From NCBI RefSeq assembly GCF_964194155.1, contig NC_135904.1:27838001-27902000 (forward strand): a DNA stretch of 64,000 nt, given 5' to 3'. Each line of letters opens with the position of its first letter. Position 1 is the first letter of the stretch. The notes under the pieces were generated by a model. It searched no databases. It was given only the letters and a program-made list of their open reading frames with translations, and was not told where the DNA came from. Positions 1-12,239 of the stretch are shown here, one piece after another. A program made the translations under genes and the position numbers. The DNA is from Cetorhinus maximus. Its lineage: Eukaryota.

Positions 1-352
1 TATTAATGTGTAAGAGGCTTGTGACCAAAGACTCAACATTACATGTGTCGGTATGACTTATCCAGGGAGCAGCATAATTCATTCATTTTTGCCAAATGTG
101 GAACACACTTTCCTTATTACAGTTTTACACTGGTATGTCCATGTTGGTGGAGGACTAAGTTTGGCTTTCAAAGACAAATTGTGCAATGTTTTAAACTGGA
201 AGTTGAAAATGTGAAATCAATGTAATGGTAAAGGCTGCAACATTCAAATTTCCATTTCTGCGTTACCTTCGTGGCTATTCTGAGAGCCTGGTAGTTCTTC
301 CTCATCTCAATCCTTGCCCTTGCAGCTTCTGAACCAGCAACTATTCACTCAA

Positions 353-529
353 AACAAAAACAGAATTACCTGGAAAAACTCAGCAGGTCAGTTCTGCTGA
401 AGGGTCATGAGGACTCGAAACGTCAACTCTTTTCTTCTACGCCGATGCTGCCAGACCTGCTGAATTTTTCCAGGTAATTCTGTTTTTGTTTTGGATTTCC
501 AGCATCCGCAGTAGTTTTTTTGTTTTTAT
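353..529 (+). mobile_element. Penelope-type short fold-back insertion with hammerhead-like motif
   Basis: Inverted arms aaaacaaaaacagaattacctggaaaaactcagcaggtc / gacctgctgaatttttccaggtaattctgtttttgtttt. 14-bp TSD aactattc(a/g)ctcaa at 339-352 and 530-543. Confidence 0.8.
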
Positions 530-611
530 AACTATTCGCTCAATCCACATCAAGGTAAGGCCTATCTGGAGTGCCCTCTGCTCCCAAAAAATCATCTTGT
601 TTCATTGTGTA

Positions 612-1030
612 CCAACCTTGGCTCAATGGTAGCACTCTTGCATCCAAGTCAGGAGGTGATAGATTCAAACCTCTCTCCTGACGCATGAGCATATATTCTA
701 GGTTGACACTTCAGTGCAATTTTGAAAGAGTCATGCACTAATAGAGGCACTGCGCTTTGGGTGACATATTGAACTGACAGGTGGATACATCCATGGAACT
801 ATTCGAAGAAGGGGAGAGGATATCTTCCAGTGTCCTGATCAATATTTATCTCGCAAATAGCTCCACTAAAATAGATAACCTAGCTATCTATCTGATTAGT
901 GTTTGTGTGGCTGTGCTGTGTGCAATTCGACTGGCACATTACCAATATGACTACACTTCAAAAGTCCTTCAATGGTGGAGCAGTAATTTGGGACGTTCCA
1001 AGGATGTGAAGGGCTCTATTTAAATTAAAT
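612..1030 (+). mobile_element. DeuSINE (SacSINE1/AmnSINE1-like) copy
   Basis: tRNA-like head tggctcaatggtagcactcttg...gattcaaac, Deu-like core (gtgtcctgatcaatatttatc) and tail gactacacttcaaaag. Similar to the copy at 42910. Confidence 0.8.
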
Positions 1031-1289
1031 AGAAATACACGTTCCTTCTTCCTTTCACCAAAAAGGCTCATGGGATCAAAGCCAGAAGATCAAAGATAGA
1101 AGGGTTTCAGTTTGTATGCGTAGCCCTTGCCAATGCAGTGTGATTTGTTTGCTGCATGACTGTATTTCCAGCTTATTTGGAAGTACTGGTGATTAAAGCA
1201 CTTGTTAATCACTTGAGAAGTGTAAAAATGGGCGTTGGTGCAGATCCATGGTAAACGACCAATTTCTGTGAGTGAAGAAAGACGATTTT

Positions 1290-1572
1290 AACTGCTTAGG
1301 GAGTCACTGATGAGGGGTTATCAATTTAAAATTGTCACCATAGTGACGGGTATGGGGAAATTTCTTCAACACCTTGCAACACCATAGAATATTTTCGCCA
1401 CAGTGAGTAGTTCGGGCAGAAGCTTCTGAGGGAAATGTCTAGCTATTTGGAGCAAAGTTAGGTTCAAAGCTTTGCGGAGAGATCAGGTCAGTGGAATTAA
1501 TTTTGGATTTACTGTCGCAAGGAGCCAGCATGCACACGATGGGCCAAACGGCCTCCTTCAGTGATATGGCTA
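1290..1572 (+). mobile_element. Old CR1/HER1 LINE 3' fragment
   Basis: Ends in gatgggccaaacggcctccttcagtg, the CR1/HER1 3' stem-loop motif. Confidence 0.6.
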
Positions 1573-1599
1573 TCTGTGGCTCAACGGAGAGATCTTTAA

Positions 1600-2545
1600 A
1601 AAATTCTTTCATGGGATGTGGGCATCGTTGACAAGGTCAGCATTTGTTGCCCGACGCTCATTACCCTTGAAGTGAGTGGCTTGCTGGGCTATTTCAGAGG
1701 AAAGCTAAGCGTCAACCAGAGCCAGAATTTCAGACTCCCCCACCAGCAGGTTTTTAGTTGGGGGAAGGGGAGCGTGAAATTGAAGGAACGGAATTCCCAC
1801 CGGGTTCCCACCTGCCCTGACCATGCAGCAAAGGGCCGTTTCCCGCCCAGCCTCGATTTTTAGGCTGGCGGCTGGATTTAGCTAGCATAGGGGAGCCCAA
1901 AAGAGAATGGGCCAGGGCGCCTCCACCAGAAGCCCTCTCCTGACTGCGGGCACCCCTCTTAAGGTCCAGTGGCTGCTGGACCTCCCTCCTTCCCGTCCTT
2001 TCCCCCCGAACACCCCGATTGCTTCTCCCCAGGCCTTCCCTGCCCTCCCCACCCTGGGATCCCTTAAACTTGTTTGTCCTCCGTTCCCAGGACTTAGGCT
2101 CAGGCATGTTGATGCACTTCCTCTTCAGTCCACTGCAGCTCTTGTCGCTGTAGGGACTGGAGGGCTGACAGCCAATCAGATTGGCCGGCAGCTCTCTAAG
2201 GCGGGACTTTCTCCTGAGCGAGGGGCAGAGGTGCCACCTGCAGCCCCTTGACGCTCAGTCGAACGTGGGTTGGCTGCAGGGCACTCGGAGTCGGAGGGGA
2301 GACCCCACCATCTGAAAAATTCAGGCCCACGTTACTGTGGATCTGGAGCCACGTAGGCCAGGATAGTAGATTTCCTTCCCTAAAGGGCATTTGTCAACCT
2401 GATGGGACTTTACAACAACTGATGATAGTTCCACTCTTACTGAAAGTAGCTTTCAAATCCTGATCTTTTCAGTGAATATAAATTCCACAAGCCTGGGCCT
2501 CTTGATGACTAGTCTAGTGACATTACCACTGTGCCACCATCAACC
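1600..2545 (-). mobile_element. tRNA-headed SINE (partner of the LINE at 30922), split by a MITE
   Basis: 1600-1718 and 2329-2545 are consecutive parts of the reverse complement of the SINE seen at 53945-54335. Confidence 0.75.
1719..2328. mobile_element. Harbinger/PIF-like MITE
   Basis: Termini gagccagaatttcag ... ctgaaaaattcaggccc form an imperfect TIR; GC-rich interior; interrupts a SINE. Confidence 0.65.
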
Positions 2546-2811
2546 CCACAGCCTTATGAGTGTTGAATCTGACCAGAGGAAAGCCAGATACAATCATCAG
2601 TTTGATAGATGGATGAAATTCACAAACAGAAAAGGATGAACTTATTTCCAGAGAGGGAATTGTAACTTCAATATTTCACTGACTATAAGTAATTACTAGT
2701 TGATGAATATCTAATCATTGTGATATTGTCATATATCACATGAGGGATGATCAGGCTATGTGATCTATAAACGTCAGCTTTATTTAGCTCAAAACCAACA
2801 ACAATACTTAC

Positions 2812-2921
2812 TTTTTGATTCTTTCACCAAACGATGCTGCCTTATCCAGGATATTTTGAACTGTAATAACAATATCTTGAACCATGTGGATCTTGTCCAT
2901 TAATCCTTTTTTTTCAGACTC
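2812..2921 (-). CDS. MCTP2: MCTP2 coding exon, 110 nt, phase 0/2
   Basis: Minus strand: gttattcgttctAG | [36 protein letters not shown](N) | GTaagt. ASFGERIKN is the MCTP signature; [13 protein letters not shown] favours MCTP2 over MCTP1. Confidence 0.96.
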
Positions 2922-3157
2922 CTAGAACGAATAACAAACATACAGTCAGGAGTACAGAGCAGGTAAAGGAGGTGGTAGGAGGTGATGGACAAAGCGTTAT
3001 GCCCAAGCATTATTGCCTGTGATGATATTGGCTTATTTGTTCTATCACAGCCTGTTATGGCATTGAAAATACAGGCTCCCTCATAGAAAATGGCCCACTT
3101 TGACTCGAAACAGAAACTTCAAAATATAGATGTTCCATCTGGCTAGATGCCTGAGAG

Positions 3158-3158
3158 G

Positions 3159-3189
<31 letters not shown>
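3158..3189. repeat. (GA)n microsatellite
   Basis: Directly visible. Confidence 0.95.
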
Positions 3190-3351
3190 CAGAAGCTATT
3201 CCATTCAAGTACAAGCATCTTGTGGGCTTATACGTTTCACTGGTAGCTCTATTGAAGTTTAAGAGTGACAGTGAGAGCAAGAGTGACAAAGACGTATACT
3301 TCAGAATGAGACAACGAGCAATAAATTATGACATATAGGTTAATACCCAAG

Positions 3352-3495
3352 GAACATACGAATTAGGAGCAGGAGTAGGCCATTCAGCCCTTCAAGCCTG
3401 CTCCGCCATTCTCTAAGATCATGGCTGATCTGATTCTAACCTCAGCCCACATTCCCGTCTGCCACACATAAACTTTCACCCCCTTGATAATCAAG
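3352..3495 (-). mobile_element. CR1/HER1 3' end fragment
   Basis: gaattaggagcaggagtaggccattcagccc is the reverse complement of the tail at 34225-34250 and 53830-53857. Confidence 0.85.
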
Positions 3496-3787
3496 GGCCT
3501 GGAACTGTCAGAACTTTAGAGTATCATTGTTTTTGTTCACATACTGTTTAGTAGAATCCGTTTGATAGTTTACAGCATAATATACAGTCCAGTGAAGTGT
3601 TTATCCTACTGCATTCCAGAGTCAAAAAAGACCACAACAGGACATGGGACATGACCAGCTGGCAAAAAGAAGCATTTCGGATTTGATCCCTGGGCTCGCT
3701 ACAGATTACTGCAATTTTGGACAGATAAAGGCTCACTCCAGGTAACAGTCAGTAAATGCTCATCTACTACAATGATCTGAGATACTG

Positions 3788-5956
3788 GCTGGAATTTTCC
3801 ACTCCCGCCAGCTACCAGTGGCTGGTGGGGGCACTTAATTTGGTGGGAGGAAAAATATCTGTAAAGGTGAGTCGAGCTTCCCGACAAACAATGTCAGGAA
3901 TCCCGTTTGCATTCATTAGCATCTCATGCATTCTCATTAAAAGGCTACCTCGTCGGAGCTAAGTTGATTCTCCAAATTAAGTTCCCCGCCAGCGAGAATT
4001 TGGAACGTTCAGTTTTACGATTGCCTCTAAGTGGCGTCCACCTGGCGAGCTTCACCTCTTCCACAGCTTTGAGGTCTCTAGATGTTGCTTTCTCCTTCTT
4101 AGGGACCTCGCAAAACTTCAATCGAGTGCCGTTAGCAAACATTGCACTAAGGCTGGGCACGGGGGGCGGGCTTATGGGGGAGGGGGGGTAGGGGAGTGCC
4201 TGGGGAAGTGGGGGGTGGGGGAAGAGAGCATCCGGGGAATGCCTTACTGGTGATAGGAGGGAACAGTCACAGCCAGAGGGTAGAGTGGGATGCGGTAGGG
4301 TGGCAGGGCCAGGGTGAGAATCTGGTAGGTGAAGGTCTCATCCGTGGCGGGGGCTCAGAGGGGGACTAGACAGGTGGCTTGGATAACGGGAGGGGGCAGG
4401 GGCAGGGTGGGCAGGGGGACAATAATGGGTGTCGACTCTGAGGGGAGCAAAGGCATGTGGAGGTGGATCGTGGGTAACGGGGTCCAGGGTAACGGAGGAG
4501 GTTCAAGGTGACAGAGAGGAGAGGAATGGTGATATTGGGTGGGTCAAGGGCGATGAGGGGCAAGATGGTGGGTGACAGGGGGAGGGTCGAAGGTGGTAGC
4601 GTGAGTTTGAAAGGGGAAATGCACCACTTTTCAAAACTGATCTTGGCCACACCGATCGTGGGATCCCTCGAGGTGGGAGGAAGGTCTTTCGGGTGGGTGG
4701 AGTTCAAGGTCAGCACAAGTGGCCGACTAAAGGGAAATCTGGATGTCAACTATGCTCAGTTGTGTTCTCCTCTCTATGGTGAAGCCCCATTGCAGCAGGT
4801 TTGTTTCTGACTCATGGGTCTCTTAACATTGAGATCCCAGTGAGGGGCGGAGCTGCTGTTCATTCTGTGCCATTTGCCATTGGCTGCTGTCAGAGGCAGG
4901 GATGAAGGGAGGGAGGGAGGGAGGTGGATGCCTCCATGGGGCACAGCTGGTGGAGGGCAGCCAACTCACGACTCCAAACCTCCATCCTCCCAGGTGAAGG
5001 GTCATGGCTGACAAGGGATCATGTGGTTAGTCTGTCTATCCTGCCAAGGCAATGGTCTCTATAGAGTTTCAAGGGTGGTGGAGACAAGCGGAAAAGTGCC
5101 TGAGTGAGGCTTCTTGTACATGGCTCTCATCACCCTGGTCAAAGGTCAATGTCTCCATAAGCATTCGTGTAAGGACGAGCGGAACACCCATCTCTGGTCC
5201 TTCAGGATGTCCTTTATGTTGAAGGGATGGGGTGGGAATGCCATGTCTGGATGGTGGCCAGGTGAAGGGTTTAGCACTGTCCTGCTGCCTTTGAGATGGA
5301 GGGAGACTGTAAAGGATATGCTCACTAAATGTCTCACTTCAATTCATTCACACATCCACTGAGGCGTCAATGATGCAGGCTGCAAGGCAACCCTGTCTTG
5401 GTAATGGTTCTCATTCCAGAGGAGAACTTAGAGGGTCTGTCACCGATTGACACAGGGCCATGAGCAGCAAGGGCCCGAGCAGCAAGAGGCAGTGGGGCCT
5501 CTACAAGGTCAAGAGGCTGGCACATATGGACCACTGCAACAGCCCAAGCATGGGTGTATCGCTGGCGGTGGTCTTATCTAGAGATGAGAAAAAGGCAATG
5601 CCAGAGGCGCCCTCGTAAGTCCGGGATGTGATTGCTCACATCTGCCAGCTTCTCTAGTGCAAGCTGTGGCCACAAAGACTCTAGAGGAGTAGTCCAGAAC
5701 TGCCGGCCTTCATTGAATGAATGTCTGTCTGGGTGCCCTTTAAAAAGGGCACCCGAGCTTTCGACCCCATGAGGTAACAGCAGGGTGGCGACTTCCTACC
5801 TGTCCTTCCATGAGGTTCACCGAGCTCCTCACTGATACGCAACTAAAGAGCTAAAAAATGGAAGATTGTGCGTATTACCCAACCTGCCACCCAGCGGGAA
5901 TCAAGCCAACTTTCCTGCCTGTCACCAGACATCTTCAGAATAGAAAGTCCCGCCCA
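3788..5956 (+). mobile_element. Harbinger-derived defective DNA transposon with transposase N-terminal remnant
   Basis: Termini ggctggaattttcc ... agaaagtcccgccc. About 5550-5660 translates, with a frameshift, to WVYRWRWSYLEMRKRQCQRRPRKS/RDVIAHICQLL, resembling the HARBI1-type transposase N-terminus. Confidence 0.6.
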
Positions 5957-6689
5957 CTGAATCAGAGAAAAGTATTGATAAAACAGTAAAAATAATGCTC
6001 CACAGGGAGGAGAATGACATGGACATTTCTCCCCACAACAAAAACAGTTATTGTTCTTACAATCAGAGACTGCTCCAATAACTGTTGGATTGGGATGAAT
6101 GTTCAGAGAATTCTTTACGCCCTCCCCCTCAACAAATAATTGCGCAGATCGGATTTGGCAGGAGAGTCGCAGCAGGAAACCAGAGCGTGCGCGTTGACCC
6201 TTGGCATTGCCAATGTGTAGTTAGGAGCAGGTGCAAAGGGGAAGGGTGCGTTCACACATGCATGGAAACCAGAGGAGACTTTCCATTCATTTTTATACAT
6301 GCCACCCAGGGGTAAAAGGCAGAAGGGGCATCAAGTCCCAAATGCATCATGTCCTGTGCAAATGAAACCGAGATGCCCCAGAGAAGAGAAGTCTACTGTT
6401 GAAGATATTGGAAGATGAAATGGAAGTGCTTGTGTGCATTTTGTGTTGAATTTATATGGTGTGAGTAAGTGTTGAACATAGCTGCTCAAAGGCCTTTTTT
6501 TCAAGGATGCAGTTGGTTGCTTTTCCTTGTGTGTGAGAATTATTTGGAATCATTAGTGCGTGATGTTTCTGTGAATATATTTTGATAGGCTGCTTTCTCC
6601 CAAAATTGAAATTAGAACCAGTTTGCTCCATGTTTGCATCTGACGTTTTCCCGCATTAGATCAACAGTTCAAACATTTTTCCACTCTCT

Positions 6690-7755
6690 GTCGACACCTT
6701 CCCTATTCCTACAGACACCTTCCCCATTCCCCAGACATCTTCCCCCTTCCCCAGACACCTTCCCCATTCCCCAGACACCTTCCCCCTTCCCTACAGACAC
6801 CTTCCCATTTCCTACGGATACCTTCCTTCCCCATTCCCCAGATACCCTCCCTATTCCCTGCAGACCCAATTCCCCCTTCCCTACAGACACCCTCCCCATT
6901 CCATACAGATAATTCCCCATCCCTGACACCCTCCCCATCCCCTAGACACCTTTCTTCTTCCCTGCAGACAATTCCCCAGACACCCTCCCCATTCCATAAA
7001 CAACTCCCCATTCCCCAGGCACCTTCCCTCTTCCCTACAGAAACATTCCCCATTCCTTAGCCACAGAATCAGAATCACAGAATTTTAAATGCACAGGAGG
7101 AGGCCACTTGCCCCACATGTCTGCACCAGCTCTCTAAATGAGCATTATGACCTAGTGCCATTGCCCTGCCTTTTCCCCCTACCCCTGCACATTGTTTCTA
7201 TTCAAATAGTCATCTAATGCCCTCTTGAACGCCTCCACCACACTTCCAGGCAGTGGATTCCAGACACGAACCACTCGTTGTGTGAAAAAGACACCTTCCC
7301 CCCCGTCCCTGCAGACACCTTCCCCATTTCCTACAGACAATTCCCCATTCCCTACACTTTCCCCATTCCCTACAGACACCTTCCCCACTCCCCACTCCCC
7401 ACAGACACCTTCCCCACTCCCCACAGACAATTCCCCATTTCTTACAGACACCCTCCCCACTCCCTACAGACACCCTCCCCACTCCCCACAGACACCTTTC
7501 CCATTTCTTACAGACACCCTCCCCACTCTCTAGACACCTTCCCCACTCCCCACTCCCCACAGACACCTTCCCCACTCCCCCAGACACCCTCCCCACTCCC
7601 TACAGACACCCTCCCTACTCCCTACAGACACCCTCCCTACTCCCTACAGACACCCTCCCTACTCCCTACAGATACCCTCCCCGTTACCCATAGAGAATTC
7701 CTCATTCCCTAAACACCTACCCCCTTCCCTACAGACATCTTCCCCATTCCCCTAA
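6690..7755. repeat. Minisatellite, about 20-22 bp unit acagacaccttccccattccct, interrupted by a CR1 fragment
   Basis: Many degenerate units at 6690-7060 and 7290-7755. Confidence 0.95.
7065..7292 (-). mobile_element. CR1/HER1 3' fragment inside the minisatellite
   Basis: Minus translation FFTQRVVRVWNPLPGSVVEA-FKRALDDYL is a CR1 ORF2 C-terminus. Confidence 0.9.
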
Positions 7756-10284
7756 GGACAAGTCAGACATTATCACCATTCCCTACATACATATTGGTTA
7801 TATGTCAAATACAAAATGTTTAATTAGATATTAAGATTACTTCAAGTTAGTCAGGTGGATAAAACCAGAGGACATAAATTCAATTATTGAAATCTAAATT
7901 AAAGCAGATGCTTTATTACAAAGAACTTCTTTACACAGAGGGAGATAAATGCTCGGAATAATGTGCTAATGGAGACAAAACATTGGGGACATTGAAATTG
8001 TTTAATGGAAGAATTAGGATAGAAGAGGTGAGTTTTGATGCATTAAATTACCTTTTCTCATCTTTGCCTTTTCGTAGAAGAATAAGGTGAAACTCGAGAA
8101 GATAAAGCAGAAACATCTATAAGTCACCATGCCGTATTGTAAGCATGAATACCTTTAAAGTAAGCTGTGATAAAAACACAGAGCCCATGGAGATGATCGA
8201 CAGTCTGCATCTGCAGCTTCACTCATATTTGGCCATTGCTCTTTAACAGTTTTCAGTTTCTGCTCAGTTTATGAAGGTCTATGCATTAGAATGAATACAT
8301 ATAGTAGGGTGTAACTCTGGGACTGCAGTATGGGAAGTTGAACTGAGGCTAAAAACTGGTCTTCAATCTTTCTTGTTCAAACATTTATTCGCGGATGTTC
8401 CAGTTCAGAAAACACATGATCATCTCCATGACATGGGGATTTTTGCACTGCAAACATTCTGTGGCTGAGCAACAAAACATATTAATTCACTTTGTTCCAT
8501 TGCTGGATGTGACAGTACAATGACAAACTTTAAAATCCTACTGTGAGCTTCTGTATGTTTTTGATGTACGTGGAGGATTCCAATATTAGATCACACCTTG
8601 ACTTAAGAGAATATTTATGGCCTGCACCGTTTCTAGTTATTAATCAAATAACACATACAACAGAGAAACAGCCCATTCAGTCCAAATGGTTCATAGCAGT
8701 GTTTATGCCCCACATGGACCTCCTCCTATCTCTCTTCATCTAACTGTGCTAACATATCCTTCTATTCCTTTCTCCCTCGGTTTGCTTTAAACTTTTAAAT
8801 GCTATTCCTCTCAATGACTAATAATTATTAATAATAATTGAAACATCTTAATAGCCATTATGTGCACTTTATGTCAGTTTGGAATTGTTTGCTCTGCTCC
8901 AGTTAAGTCAATGCAGTTTGATCTCCTCAGTCTGGTCATGACAAGCTGCTGGATATTAGACGAAGCCACCGATGAAAGCTTGCCTGCCGTTTGCAGAGAG
9001 TGAGAATGGGAAGCTTGCTGTTTGCGCGATGGAGTCAAGTAACGCTTCCCACAACCCTCCAGGACAAGTTTACACTTGCAGCTGTAGGTGCAAAGTACAG
9101 CTGAGAGCAGAAGGCGAGGCTCCTGCTGGGTTTATTCTCACTTTCTGATCAAACAGCACAACAAGATGAAAACACTACTTTACAGCACAACGTACGGCTG
9201 TTTCTGGTCTCAGACTGGAATCATTATGGATCTAAACTCCACTGTACCCAACACCGTAACAAAGCACGAGAAGAGGAACATTGCTGAGTACCTCAGGCTT
9301 TCTTTATCGTTCCACTTTGAATCAATGCCACTCTCTCTTAAGGCAGACTAGCTGCTCCCTTTAAAACAAAAACTGACACCAAGTCTCTGGAAGATTTTGG
9401 TTTCCTGGTCCAATTTCTAGTTTTGAGCTTATCTGGATGTACATGTATTGGTTTCCGTTCTGCCACTTTTCTTCCCACTTTTAAAGTTAAACTCCGATTG
9501 AAAGACTGTACCAGCATGATTGCCCCAAAGCTTCAACCGTCTTCCTCGCAAAGGTCCCAGTCTTTGTCCTACCACCAATTGGAGGCAGGATATCTTCCTA
9601 AGGGAGGTGAGATAAGAGCCTATGTCTTACAGTGTTTTTTTAACGGCTGCTTTAAGGTCCAATATATTGGTCATATTGCTTTAAACATATTCTGGTGACA
9701 TTGGATTCCATCTAATGCTTAAATCGGAAATCTACGGATACGCTTAAAATGGAGAACTTAAGGAAAATGGATCAAACCAGTCCTGTTGAACCCAGTAAAT
9801 CGTAGAGAGGAAATAAAACCCACCTCTGCAATTTGCAGTTATAACTCTATTAGCATGTCTCTATAAAGAATACTTAGAGATATTACAAGCAGAAAGTGTG
9901 GGACACTTGCTCAGCTTTTCAGGGAATGGTATAGAAAAGGATAAAATAATAAATGTGTCGGAAGAGGAGAAATTCTGATCCGATGTCGAAACAGTAATTC
10001 AGCTGCAGATTTTTAAAAAAATCCAATATAGCTCAATGGCCCATAAACAGGAGGCAGCCGCTGTCAATAGACTTCAACAGTGTGGAAATCTGCGAGGGGT
10101 CCAGTCTGAGATTCAGATGCTACTTTCTCACTGGGCCAACTATCACTTGGGCAAAGAGTTAAATTGATGGGTCTAGGGCATAGTGAGACCTGGAAAATGT
10201 ACTAGAAATGCAAAATATCTCTTCAGAAGCTTGTCTGTGGAAATCCACATCTGGCACAAATTAAATTGATTTTATTTGTTCGTT

Positions 10285-10640
10285 CATAGGATGTGAGTCT
10301 CTGGCAAGGCCAGAATTTATTATCCATCCCTAATTGCCCTTGAGAAGGTGGTGGTGAGTCACCTTCTGGAATCGCTGCAGTCCATATAATGTAGGTCCAC
10401 CCATTGTGCTGCTAGGGAAGGAGTTTCAGGATTTTAACCCAGTGACAGTGAAGGAACGTCAATGAATATCATGGGAAAATGGTTAGATTTTCTCTTGATG
10501 CAAGTCACTGACTGGCACGTGTCATTTGCCACGCCAAGCCTGAATGTTGTCCAGGTCTTGCTGCATGGAGGACTGGACTGGAATTGCGCATGGTACTCAG
10601 CAATCACCAGTGAACATCCCAATTTCAGACCTTATGCTGG
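10285..10640 (-). mobile_element. Internally deleted 3' fragment of the LINE family at 30922
   Basis: ccatccctaattgcccttgagaaggtggtggtgagtcacc is the reverse complement of 33795-33835. Confidence 0.8.
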
Positions 10641-12239
10641 AGGGAAGGGATTGGAGGATGGTGTTAGGGCTAGGCTTGATGTGAAAAACAGAAAGGAAAA
10701 TCTTGAGCCAGGTTACAGGTGATGAGGTCCCAGACAGTGTTCTTCCTGGAGACAAAGAAATGATGGCGATTCAGGAGCTTCTACACATGAGGATCAACAG
10801 GAGCATGATCTCGCGGTTCATTGGGAGGGCCATGTGCTTCATGGGCTGACAATTCAACCCACTGGGGCCCACTTTATTCTGTAGGAAGGTGATGGGAAGA
10901 ATGCAGCAGTGGAAATGAGTGATCCACTTGATGAAGTGGAGTCATTGGAGTGATTGAAAAGGTCACATTGAAAGCTACCAGAGCTATGTACTACACCCTC
11001 TTCCAAGAGGCTGATAAAATGATGCCCTGAACACCTTGCATGAATTTCCACAATGCTACCCACTTAGTGTTACAGGCAGGAGTTGATCTGGTCGTATTAA
11101 ACATCATCATGTGCTGAGCCATTGCGAGAGTGGGGGAGGAGTCTAGCAGCAACAGCACCAGCTTGGCACCTCAGAGATGGCACTCAATGCGGAGAGCAGA
11201 CAGTTTGCAGTATCAGGCGATAATGGCAAATTAGATGTGCCACAATCAGATCACTCATGCACTTCATTCTTGGTAAAAATTAACAGTGTTGATACATTTT
11301 TAGGTTCGTCACAGCAGTATCCTTGAAGAGCATTGAAAGATTCTGTCCTTGCTGAGAGAGAACATAATACCCAATCATTTCTGAAAATAGACATGGGCTA
11401 AAGGTGCAATCCTGCCAGTTTCACTTTGCTTCCTTCTTTTATTCGAGCCCTTAAGGGTGAAGCAACAGGATTGTTTAACAATCCATATGCGGGGGGTAGA
11501 CTTCTCCACCTCTCCTGCAATGAGGTCCAGAATCAAGGTCATCGAATGCCGTCAGACAGTGAGAAAATATGAGAGTAAGCTGCCCGCTCCACATGGGCGG
11601 TAGAGACAGTAATCTTGTGGCAATAATGAGGTTAGGTCATCAATCTTACCAAAAATTAGATAGAATTTTTACAGCACAGAAACAGGCCATTCAACCAAAA
11701 TGTTCATTGCCCGTGTTTCTGCTCCACATCAGCCTGCTTCCATTCTCCTCCAGTTAACTCTTGACATGCTTTAGTGCTGAAGAACAATGAGCAGCCTTGG
11801 ATGTAATAAAGGTTCTTATGTTAATTGAAGCAATCACTGGGCTCTGTCTTGACATTTTGCCCTGTTAAAGCACTTTCATTATTCCCAAACTTTCCATCTC
11901 AGTTGTTCGGGGATTCCAAATTTTCCCATAGCTCGGACTTCTGCTTGTTATGGTACATTTATTATTACTGAGCCGGTCATGGCCAAGGAGAGACAGCTGG
12001 CAACGACTGACATATGTTCCTGTTTCTAGCCCACTGACTTGTGTTCTAGGAGTAGACGATTATATACATGCAAAGGAGACCTAATTTGAATGTATTTTAA
12101 ATACAAGTATACTCTTCAAAATCATAATTTCCCAAAGAAAACATAATAGATACAGATGTTGAACATTTCTCGAACAGAAATATTTTGCATAAGCAAATAG
12201 TAAGTTATGCAGTGCAGGATAAGAACTTTACAACATTAT

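Noticed and set aside
2918-2962. Plus-strand exon-like segment (ttttttttcAG...GTaaag, [14 protein letters not shown])
   Set aside because: The poly-T is the antisense of the MCTP2 GAA AAA AAA codons, and no other plus-strand exons support it.
6634-7712. Several 90-145 aa ORFs, and a repeat array superficially like CRISPR
   Set aside because: Translations of a minisatellite; no unique spacers, and the context is eukaryotic.
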